This document shows positions 26,475 through 33,932 of a stretch of DNA of 34,694 bases, one piece after another; position 1 is the stretch's first letter, and every line of letters starts with the position of its first letter. The notes under the pieces were generated by a model, which saw only the letters and a list, made by a program, of their open reading frames with translations, made no database searches and had not been told where the DNA came from. Position numbers and translations under genes: made by a program. The stretch is from an uncultured Candidatus Actinomarina sp. (GTDB lineage Bacteria; Actinomycetota; Acidimicrobiia; Actinomarinales; Actinomarinaceae): the NCBI GenBank assembly GCA_964551955.1, contig CAZKFE010000002.1:1-34694 (forward strand), in the 5' to 3' direction.

Positions 26475-27464
26475 CTAATAATCCATATAGATAGAAACCC
26501 ATTTATTAATTAACTTATCTATATCATATTTCTTGATATGTTTATATTGTTTTAACCATTGATTACGTAAATTATTATTAGAACAATAATTTATCACAGC
26601 TTCTAATGATGTAATATCATTATTTTTAAAATATAATGCTGAATCACCCATAATCTCTTTAAAAGTTTTTATATTAGAAGCTATTAACAAATTTCCGCTG
26701 TTTACTGCTTCAATTAAAGTAATACCAAAACTTTCATTTGATGTATTTAATGCAAGATAATAGGAAGTATTTTCTAATATTTTATTTTTATCATCATCAT
26801 TAGGATTAATAAAATATTTAACATTTTTATTTTTACCCATTTTATTACTAATTGCTATAAAGTTATAAAGGCCATTTATCATTTGATTATTAGCAAGTTT
26901 TTCATACAATCTTATATTCTTCCTATTCTCCCTCCTTCCAATAAACAACAAATTATAAGAATGTGAAAATGTTGCTTTAGGGTTTATTTTTATACCATTA
27001 TTAATAATGTAAGATTTCTTAGATAACGTATAGGCATTTTTTAATGCTTCATTACTCACTGCTGTTGATATAACCTTTTGTGAAGTAAAAAGAAAAAGTA
27101 TTTCTTGTAAAAGCAAGTAAAACTTATTTAATGAAGCATGATGAGTTACAATTGTTTTTTTTGATGTGTTATATCTCCATATAAATAATGGTATAAAAGG
27201 TTCATGTATGTGAACTATATCTGCCCATCTAATGGCTTCTTTAAGTACTTTTCTATTAGGTAAAAGTGTTACTGGGGCTATTGATTTATTAAATGGTAGA
27301 TTAATAGCATTTCCTAAATTAAAATTATCAGAATTTGGTGAACAAATTTTTGTCTGAAAATTATGATTATTTAGTTCTTTAGACAATAATTTAATTTGAT
27401 TCTGTACACCTCCATGTTTTTTTATATCATAAGCTGTTAAAAACAATATTTTTTTAATATTCAT
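26475..27464 (-). CDS. pimA: GT4 glycosyltransferase, PimA-like (phosphatidylinositol mannosyltransferase candidate)
   Basis: MNIKKILFLTAYDIKKHGGVQNQI parallels the PimA N-terminus (PGGVQSHV). The E-x7-E motif is NESFGITLIEAVNSG. It follows pgsA and the acyltransferase as in Mycobacterium. I prefer ATG 27464 (11-nt overlap) over the track's 27524. Confidence 0.75.
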   Translation of the reverse strand: MNIKKILFLTAYDIKKHGGVQNQIKLLSKELNNHNFQTKICSPNSDNFNLGNAINLPFNKSIAPVTLLPNRKVLKEAIRWADIVHIHEPFIPLFIWRYNTSKKTIVTHHASLNKFYLLLQEILFLFTSQKVISTAVSNEALKNAYTLSKKSYIINNGIKINPKATFSHSYNLLFIGRRENRKNIRLYEKLANNQMINGLYNFIAISNKMGKNKNVKYFINPNDDDKNKILENTSYYLALNTSNESFGITLIEAVNSGNLLIASNIKTFKEIMGDSALYFKNNDITSLEAVINYCSNNNLRNQWLKQYKHIKKYDIDKLINKWVSIYMDY

Positions 27465-28317
27465 GTGACCATACAGGTTGAATAGAATGCCATTGATTAG
27501 GTGATAAAGAAATAAGTTTTTCAAATGATTTTGATAGTGTTTTTAGTCCTTGCTGTATGCTTATAGATTCATTTTCAAAAAAAGGAACTAGGAATGGCTT
27601 TTCAAATATTAAAGTGTATTTACCATTAATCTTTAAAAATGTTGTTGGCACTATGGGTAACTGCGTTTTTAATGATAACGCTACTGGGCCTTTTGGAAAT
27701 GCAGCTAAATTTCCAAAAAACTCTGTTCCAACGCCAGTTTTATTTATACTTCTTTCAGATAGTAGGCATACATGTTTACCATTTTCTAATTTATCAACAA
27801 TAGTGTCGAATGAATTTTGTCCTTTACCTCCAATAATTATTTCGCATCCTAAATCTTCTCTTAATTTTTTGAACCATGTTAAAACATATTCATTACTTAG
27901 AGGTTCTGCAACAGCTAAAAGATCTAAATTAATACTTTTTCCTACTGGTATAGCCATTTCCCAATTACCAAGGTGAGGTAGTGCAAAAATTGCACCCTGA
28001 TCTTTAATTTTATTAATATACCCTTCATTAACAATATTTACTTTATTTAATATATTATTTTCAAAGTTTTTTTTAGTTAGCCAAAGTATTTCGATCCAAT
28101 ACTTTACGTAATTTATTTTCACTAACAATGGGTTGTATTTAATAGTTGAATACTTATTTAAAACTTTGGATCTTTTATAAAGTTTAAGACTATTTCTAAA
28201 TGAAAATAGAAAATAAAGAAAACCTATTGGATAGCTAAAAATTAATAAGAGATTTAAATTTATCATTTTAAATATATTGTGAAAGAATTTAATTAATTTA
28301 TATTGTAAATATTTCAT
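27454..28317 (-). CDS. lysophospholipid/lipid A-type (HtrB/PatA-like) acyltransferase
   Basis: N-terminal TM and the LPHLGNWEMA motif (H-x-x-N-W-E of the LABLAT/HtrB family). It lies between pgsA and pimA, as the mycobacterial PIM acyltransferase does. Confidence 0.7.
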   Translation of the reverse strand: MKYLQYKLIKFFHNIFKMINLNLLLIFSYPIGFLYFLFSFRNSLKLYKRSKVLNKYSTIKYNPLLVKINYVKYWIEILWLTKKNFENNILNKVNIVNEGYINKIKDQGAIFALPHLGNWEMAIPVGKSINLDLLAVAEPLSNEYVLTWFKKLREDLGCEIIIGGKGQNSFDTIVDKLENGKHVCLLSERSINKTGVGTEFFGNLAAFPKGPVALSLKTQLPIVPTTFLKINGKYTLIFEKPFLVPFFENESISIQQGLKTLSKSFEKLISLSPNQWHSIQPVWSHEY

Positions 28318-28883
28318 TATATGTTCTTATAAAGTTTATAAAATCTTTGTAATACTGTTATCCAAGTTAAGCAACAAAAAATATACACATATAAAAAAGA
28401 GAATTCAAAATACATATATAATACAGCGAATATTACTCTCTCAGGTCTTGGTGTAATTCCTATTTTATTATTGATATCTAAAGATTCTCCTTTTGCTCGT
28501 AAATAAGGAATTAAACCAGATGCAGTAACAATCGAGATAACAGTAAATAATTGTATATCGTTATTTACATAATTAATACAAATAACTGACCAAATAATTA
28601 ATTCGCCAATCCTATCAATAGTAGAATCTAGCAATGCACCTTTTTGAGATTCGATATTTAAAGTTCTCGCTAAAGGACCATCTAGTCCATCAATAGCACT
28701 ACCAAGAAATATAAATATTACTCCGTACAATCTATTAACAGTAAAAAAACAATATGAACCCATAATAATTGTCAATAAGCCGACAAATGATAAAACATTT
28801 GGTTTGATCTTAAAAAAAATACAAACTTTTATAAATGGTATAGCAAATTTTTCAGAATATTCTTTTAAATACTTTTCAAGCAT
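28317..28883 (-). CDS. pgsA: CDP-alcohol phosphatidyltransferase (PgsA1-like phosphatidylinositol-phosphate synthase candidate)
   Basis: CDP-alcohol transferase signature DGLDGPLARTLNIESQKGALLDSTIDRIGE (D-G-x2-A-R-x8-G-x3-D-x3-D) and a multi-TM layout. Confidence 0.8.
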   Translation of the reverse strand: MLEKYLKEYSEKFAIPFIKVCIFFKIKPNVLSFVGLLTIIMGSYCFFTVNRLYGVIFIFLGSAIDGLDGPLARTLNIESQKGALLDSTIDRIGELIIWSVICINYVNNDIQLFTVISIVTASGLIPYLRAKGESLDINNKIGITPRPERVIFAVLYMYFEFSFLYVYIFCCLTWITVLQRFYKLYKNI

Positions 28884-29367
28884 TTATTACTTCTTCTGTA
28901 TAAACATCAGAAATAATTTCTTTAGTGTATGCATCAAATTCTATAATTGACTTTTGTGTAGGTGGGTTGTTGTGATCATAAACAATAACTGTCCAAACTG
29001 GTTTTAAAAGTTTGAAATTAAATACAAAACTAAAGGTTAGAGCTATAGAATAATAACCTATTGAATGTGGTAAGTAAGCACTTACATATTCAATTATTTC
29101 TGATTGCTTAATTGTCATATTGTTTTCTATAAATTTAGTGAAAATAGAAAGAATAAACAAAAGTATTGATGCAGGGTATAAATTAATCCAAGAAAAATAA
29201 TTTGAAATTAAAATTGTTAATAGTGATAAAAATATAAAAATATAAAAGTATCTATTTCTAATTATTGGATTCGGAATCTTATAACTTCCTACGGCAAGTG
29301 AATTAAGATCATCAGGAACTAGTTGTTTTTCAGCATCGTCGATATCTATGTTTATTCCGTCTTTCAT
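28876..29367 (-). CDS. hypothetical small membrane protein (163 aa)
   Basis: A long ORF in a stop-rich AT background, overlapping thrS by 4 nt and pgsA by 8 nt (translational coupling). It has two clear TM helices (YFYIFIFLSLLTILISNYF, LYPASILLFILSIFTKFI) followed by about 85 aa. I recognise no family. Confidence 0.5.
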   Translation of the reverse strand: MKDGINIDIDDAEKQLVPDDLNSLAVGSYKIPNPIIRNRYFYIFIFLSLLTILISNYFSWINLYPASILLFILSIFTKFIENNMTIKQSEIIEYVSAYLPHSIGYYSIALTFSFVFNFKLLKPVWTVIVYDHNNPPTQKSIIEFDAYTKEIISDVYTEEVINA

Positions 29368-31298
29368 TTAAGTATAAATTTTGGTTTTTTTAACATTTTA
29401 TTTATTACTTTGATGCCTTCTTTAATTTCAATATCTTTTTTGTTATTACCATCAATATGGTTTATTGCTAACGTGTTATTTTTACTATCATTTTCTCCAA
29501 TAATTAATGTGATTGGTATTTTAAGTTTTTTTGACTCGTGTAATTTTTCTCCTAAACGAATGTTTCTATCATCTATATTTAATCTATAATTTTTAAGCTT
29601 TTTAAGGATTGTTATAAGATATTCATCTACATTTCCTACTGTTAAAATATTGATTTGAGTTGGTGCCAGCCAACCAGGAAATTCTCCTGCATAATGTTCT
29701 GTAAGTATCCCAGTAAATCTTTCTAATGAGCCTAAAAGTGCACGATGTATCATAACTGGTCTTACTTTTTTGTTATCTGAATTAACATACTCAAGAGAAA
29801 AATTGTCAGGTTGTGCAAAGTCAATTTGGATTGTAGTAAGTTGCCATCTCCTACCTATTGCGTCCTTGATGTGTAAATCTATTTTAGGACCGTAAAAGGC
29901 GCCTTCCCCTTGTGCAATTCTATATGAAATATTTTGTTCATTTAATGAACGTTCTAAACTTTCAGTTGCAATTTCCCAGTCATCATCTTTACCAATGGAA
30001 TCTACTGGGCGTGTTGATAAGTCAGCTTCTATTTCCTCAAAACCAAAACAATTTAATAATTTAATAGAGAATTTTAACAAATTTAATATTTCTTCATTTA
30101 AATTTTTTGTAGTAGTAAATATATGTGCATCATCTTGAGTAAAACCTCTAGCTCTTAACAGTCCATGTAATACACCTGTTTTCTCCATTCTGTAAACAGA
30201 ACCCAATTCAAAATATCTAATAGGTAAGTCTCTATAAGATCTTATATCATTCTTATATACAAGAATATGAAAAGGGCAGTTCATTGGTTTTAAATAATAT
30301 TTTTCATCTGTATCTTTTGTAGTTAAAGGTGGATACATTCCTTCTTTATAATGGGATAAATGACCGGAAGTTTCCCAAAGTACAGATTTTCCTATATGTG
30401 GTGTATTTACAAAATTATATCCATTGTTTATATGAGCTTCTTTACTAAATTTTTCTATTTCATCTCTTAATCTGGAACCATTAGGTTGCCATAAAAATTG
30501 ACCAGGACCTAATTCATCAGCAGTTGTAAATAATTTTAGTTCTCTACCAAGTTTTCGATGATCTCGTTTCTCTGCTTCATCTTGTCTCTTTAGATAAGAC
30601 ATTAATTCATCCTTTGTGAACCATGAAGTACCATATATTCTTTGAAGCTGTGGATTTGTTTCTATACCTCTCCAATACGCACCGGCTACTTTTGTTAATT
30701 TAAAATGTTTGAGATAGCTAGTATTAGGGATATGTGGACCCTTGCATAAATCATTAAAGTTATTATTACTATATACTGACACACGATTTCCTTCAGCGCC
30801 CTCTTCTTTATCAGCTGTATTTATTAATTCTTGTTTAAATTTTTGATTACTGAATAAAGTGATAGCGTTTTTATCTTCCATATATTCTTTTATAAACTTT
30901 TGTTTTTCTTTTACAATTTTTTTCATTTCATCTTCAATTTTTAATAAATCATTTTCATTGATGTTGTCTTCAAATAAAAAATCATAATAAAAACCATCTT
31001 CAATTGAAGGTCCAACACCATATTGTGTTTTTGGATAAAGATTAAGTACAGCTTGTGCAAGTATATGTGCTGATGAATGTCTTAATACTTCTAATGAAGT
31101 TTGATCATTTTTTGTATAAATTTTGCATTTAACGTCGTCATCTATAATTGCACTAAGATCATTTAAGATACCATTAATTTCAATACATATAGCATCTTGA
31201 CTTAAAGACCTACTAATATCTGATGCTAATTCGTGCCCCGTAATTGGTTTATCATATTTTCTTACAGAGTTATCATGTAATGTAATATTTATACTCAT
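29364..31298 (-). CDS. thrS: threonine--tRNA ligase
   Basis: TGS domain, editing-domain HSSAHILAQAV, class-II motifs (YRMEKTGVLHGLLRARGFTQDDAHIF, GAFYGPKID, HRALLGSLERF) and a complete C-terminal anticodon-binding domain. Confidence 0.97.
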   Translation of the reverse strand: MSINITLHDNSVRKYDKPITGHELASDISRSLSQDAICIEINGILNDLSAIIDDDVKCKIYTKNDQTSLEVLRHSSAHILAQAVLNLYPKTQYGVGPSIEDGFYYDFLFEDNINENDLLKIEDEMKKIVKEKQKFIKEYMEDKNAITLFSNQKFKQELINTADKEEGAEGNRVSVYSNNNFNDLCKGPHIPNTSYLKHFKLTKVAGAYWRGIETNPQLQRIYGTSWFTKDELMSYLKRQDEAEKRDHRKLGRELKLFTTADELGPGQFLWQPNGSRLRDEIEKFSKEAHINNGYNFVNTPHIGKSVLWETSGHLSHYKEGMYPPLTTKDTDEKYYLKPMNCPFHILVYKNDIRSYRDLPIRYFELGSVYRMEKTGVLHGLLRARGFTQDDAHIFTTTKNLNEEILNLLKFSIKLLNCFGFEEIEADLSTRPVDSIGKDDDWEIATESLERSLNEQNISYRIAQGEGAFYGPKIDLHIKDAIGRRWQLTTIQIDFAQPDNFSLEYVNSDNKKVRPVMIHRALLGSLERFTGILTEHYAGEFPGWLAPTQINILTVGNVDEYLITILKKLKNYRLNIDDRNIRLGEKLHESKKLKIPITLIIGENDSKNNTLAINHIDGNNKKDIEIKEGIKVINKMLKKPKFILK

Positions 31299-31372
31299 TT
31301 ATTAATTCTAATTAATATTCCTATCTATTTATATAGTAAGAGAATTTGTAAATAATATGTTTAAATTAGTAC
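31299..31372. promoter_or_regulatory. divergent intergenic region upstream of thrS (start of the 35-gene array) and of the + strand 188-aa ORF
   Basis: This 74-nt spacer is the largest spacer bordering the array and the only non-coding DNA upstream of thrS, so it should carry the array's first promoter. It is too short for a T-box leader. I could not place the -10/-35 boxes confidently in this AT-rich sequence. Confidence 0.4.
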
Positions 31373-31939
31373 ATGAAGAAAAGCATAGATATCAAACTTA
31401 ATGGTAAATTTATTGATGTTAAATTTAATAAAGAACTAAAAAATCATTTCATTTATTTAAGATTTGAAATTATAAACCCTTATCAAATGAGTTGTATATC
31501 TTTTAAAATTATAAACACAAACGAATTAGAGATAAGCTCAACAGATATAAGAAATATAAATATTCACACTTTGATAAAAAGATCATTAAAATCAATTAAC
31601 TCCTATAGGGAAATAGATGTTAATGAATTTAATAAAAATACAAAAAATCTATATAAAACTTTATTAAATCAAAAAAATTACATTAAAGAAATACGTACTA
31701 GAAAAATAAAAGATAGAAATAAATTTCTTGCGATTTATTCATACCTATATCAAAAAGAATCAAGGAACTATGGTGATAACGTAAGTAAGAAACTTGCTAA
31801 AAATTTAAATTATACAGAAAATTATATTAAAAATTTAACTAAAGAAGCATTTAATAAAAATTATCTTATAAATAATACTAAAGGAATCTCTGGAGGAAAT
31901 CTATCGGCTAAAACAGTAAAGATACTTAATTCTCTTTAA
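31373..31939 (+). CDS. hypothetical protein (188 aa, Lys/Asn-rich, possible C-terminal helix-turn-helix)
   Basis: A 188-codon open frame on the + strand that is not the shadow of another gene, apart from a 14-nt 3' overlap with the cyclophilin gene. The C-terminal segment VSKKLAKNLNYTENYIKNLTKEAF looks HTH-like. I recognise no family. Confidence 0.5.
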   Translation: MKKSIDIKLNGKFIDVKFNKELKNHFIYLRFEIINPYQMSCISFKIINTNELEISSTDIRNINIHTLIKRSLKSINSYREIDVNEFNKNTKNLYKTLLNQKNYIKEIRTRKIKDRNKFLAIYSYLYQKESRNYGDNVSKKLAKNLNYTENYIKNLTKEAFNKNYLINNTKGISGGNLSAKTVKILNSL

Positions 31940-32564
31940 TTTCGATACTTTCAATAACTACATCTTGAACTGGTTTATCACCTAGGCCAGTTTCAACCGT
32001 TGCAATTTTATCTATAACATCTAACCCATCAATAACAAAACCGAATATTGTATATTGGTATGGGAGTGGGTAATCAACATGCATAATAAAAAATTGGCTT
32101 CCGTTTGTATCAGGACCGGCATTAGCCATAGCTACTATGCCTTTTTTATATTCTCTCTGATTGTTTAACTCATCTTCAAATTTATATCCTGGATATTTTC
32201 CCATTTCACCATGACCAGTACCACTAGGATCACCGCCTTGAATCATAAAACCTGATATCACTCTGTGGAAAATTACATTATCATAATATCCATCACGTGA
32301 TAAATTTACAAAGTTATTAACTGTTAAAGGTGCGTCTTGAGTATAAAACTCTACGGTCATATCTCCCATGTTTGTTTTAATTACAGCAGAATAATTTATA
32401 GATAAATCAATATTCATTACAGGCATTGATGCGTAAACTTTTTTGTCCGACACTGTATCTCCTTCTTGTTCAATAGTATTTAATATTACACTATCGTTGG
32501 AAGTATCAGATTGGGAAGTACAGGAAATACATAAAATTAAATATAGAAATATTCTTTTTTTCAT
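31926..32564 (-). CDS. cyclophilin-type peptidyl-prolyl cis-trans isomerase, probable lipoprotein
   Basis: Cyclophilin core FHRVISGFMIQGGDP, GIVAMANAGPDTNGSQFFI. The N-terminus MKKRIFLYLILCISCTSQ is a signal peptide with a lipobox-like I-S-C. Confidence 0.9.
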   Translation of the reverse strand: MKKRIFLYLILCISCTSQSDTSNDSVILNTIEQEGDTVSDKKVYASMPVMNIDLSINYSAVIKTNMGDMTVEFYTQDAPLTVNNFVNLSRDGYYDNVIFHRVISGFMIQGGDPSGTGHGEMGKYPGYKFEDELNNQREYKKGIVAMANAGPDTNGSQFFIMHVDYPLPYQYTIFGFVIDGLDVIDKIATVETGLGDKPVQDVVIESIEIKEN

Positions 32565-32971
32565 TTATTTTGTAAATTTGTAAGACGCACAGATGATTTA
32601 GCACATAATTTATTATTATTAAATATTTCTGCTTCCCACAACTGAGATCTTTTTCCTAACTTGATTGGTTTAGCTTTTAAAGTTAGGATACCTCCAGTTG
32701 CACTAGAAATAAAATCTGTATTATTGTTTACACCGGCCCACATCGCTTTTTCATTTATTGTTGCAGCATATGAAATTGCTGATTCAGCCATTGATGAATA
32801 TACTCCCCCGTGAACTAATCCAAAAGGTTGTAGATGGTTTTTGTTTATTTTAATTTCTGTCTCTACGTAGTTCTTTTCAATTTTCACTATTTTATGTCCT
32901 ATTAAACCATCAAATGAATCTGGTAAGAATTCTTTTATATTCATTAATTCTTCATATTTATCGGTATTCAT
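32561..32971 (-). CDS. PaaI/4HBT-type hotdog-fold thioesterase
   Basis: NKNHLQPFGLVHGGVYSSMAESA matches the PaaI-family N-x-x-G-x-x-HGG-x-x-x-x-L-x-[DE] active-site region. At 136 aa it is the typical size. Confidence 0.75.
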   Translation of the reverse strand: MNTDKYEELMNIKEFLPDSFDGLIGHKIVKIEKNYVETEIKINKNHLQPFGLVHGGVYSSMAESAISYAATINEKAMWAGVNNNTDFISSATGGILTLKAKPIKLGKRSQLWEAEIFNNNKLCAKSSVRLTNLQNK

Positions 32972-33533
32972 TAAAAACCTTTACTAATCTTTTTTCACCA
33001 TTTCCTAATAAAAACCACCATATACCAGTTATCAAAGTTAAAAAAGTAATAAAAAGTATAAAAAATACATAATTTTTACTAAAACCATCATTAATTAATT
33101 GAATTATTGAATAAATATAGGAAGATATGCCAAAAAACGTAATAAATATAGTTACAAAACCGAACCAACTAAAGTTCTTACCTATTGAAGTTACAACTAT
33201 TTTCTTGTCATAAATAGGAAAAAAATATGTATTTTCTAACTTATGAGCGATTAAAATATCTTGACCATTAATCTTATTAATTTTTTCTTCAATAAATTGA
33301 CTGTAATTCCTAGAAAATATCAAATAATGTGCATGAAAAGATAAGATAACAGATCCAAAAAGTGAAATTATTGGAATAACTGCAAAAGCATTACGATTTG
33401 TAAAACTAAAATAGTAAAAAATTGAAGTAATCATAAATAGAAAACGTATATCAATTAAAAATTGATGATGATAATATTTATTCATTCCTCTAATTCTTGA
33501 TAATTGATTATTTAGAATATTTATTTCATTCAT
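32958..33533 (-). CDS. hypothetical integral membrane protein (191 aa, about 4 TM)
   Basis: A long ORF with four hydrophobic helices that overlaps the thioesterase gene by 14 nt. I recognise no family. Confidence 0.5.
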   Translation of the reverse strand: MNEINILNNQLSRIRGMNKYYHHQFLIDIRFLFMITSIFYYFSFTNRNAFAVIPIISLFGSVILSFHAHYLIFSRNYSQFIEEKINKINGQDILIAHKLENTYFFPIYDKKIVVTSIGKNFSWFGFVTIFITFFGISSYIYSIIQLINDGFSKNYVFFILFITFLTLITGIWWFLLGNGEKRLVKVFNEYR

Positions 33534-33554
33534 TTGTTAAAGTTTATATATATT

Positions 33555-33932
33555 ATGTTTAAATCAAAATATACTATTGCTGTAATTTTATTACTTATTT
33601 TATTATCTATATCTAATATCTTTTCTATTGTTTATGTTGAGTATAGCTCTGTTTCTTTAGTTGAATTTAGAGAACATAGAATTGAATGTGGTCCACTATT
33701 AGATATATTACAAAATAATATTGATTATTCAGTAGATTCTAAACTTAGTATGAATAGATTAAGTTGTAAACAAATTGCTATTGTAACTTTAATGTCTTCT
33801 ATTGCTTCAATTCTTTTTTTGCTTCTTGTATTACTTATACTAATAAAAGTTATTAAAAATAGAACTGAGGCTGAGGATCTTTCAGATTTATTAAAAATTC
33901 TAAAAAAAAGAAATCAAAAAAATATTTTATGA
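33555..33932 (+). CDS. hypothetical membrane protein (N- and C-terminal TM helices)
   Basis: An ORF with TM helices at both ends and an ATGA overlap with the downstream oxidoreductase. I prefer ATG 33555 to the track's TTG 33534. No family recognised. Confidence 0.4.
   Translation: MFKSKYTIAVILLLILLSISNIFSIVYVEYSSVSLVEFREHRIECGPLLDILQNNIDYSVDSKLSMNRLSCKQIAIVTLMSSIASILFLLLVLLILIKVIKNRTEAEDLSDLLKILKKRNQKNIL

Noticed and set aside
2013-29589. The remaining plus-strand ORFs of 61-139 aa in the track: 2013..2219, 2726..2998, 5139..5357, 7262..7513, 8741..8926, 10899..11171, 11487..11684, 11908..12177, 13183..13389, 13700..13963, 14960..15166, 15823..16062, 19841..20098, 20190..20450, 20763..21110, 21114..21302, 22071..22295, 25276..25503, 25743..26120, 27557..27976, 29323..29589.
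   Set aside because: Each is antisense to, and wholly or almost wholly contained in, a well-supported conserved minus-strand CDS. Their compositions are shadow-frame-like (S/L/F/I/P-rich) and none has a recognisable domain. The longest ones lie opposite the most GC-rich, most conserved genes (pdxS, secD, aspS), where antisense stop codons are simply rarer.
31301-31316. Two palindromic ATTAAT hexamers exactly 10 bp apart (31301..31306 and 31311..31316) just upstream of the thrS start, a possible operator.
   Set aside because: This is low-complexity sequence in a spacer with very low GC. Such hexamers are expected fairly often by chance, and I have no comparative support.
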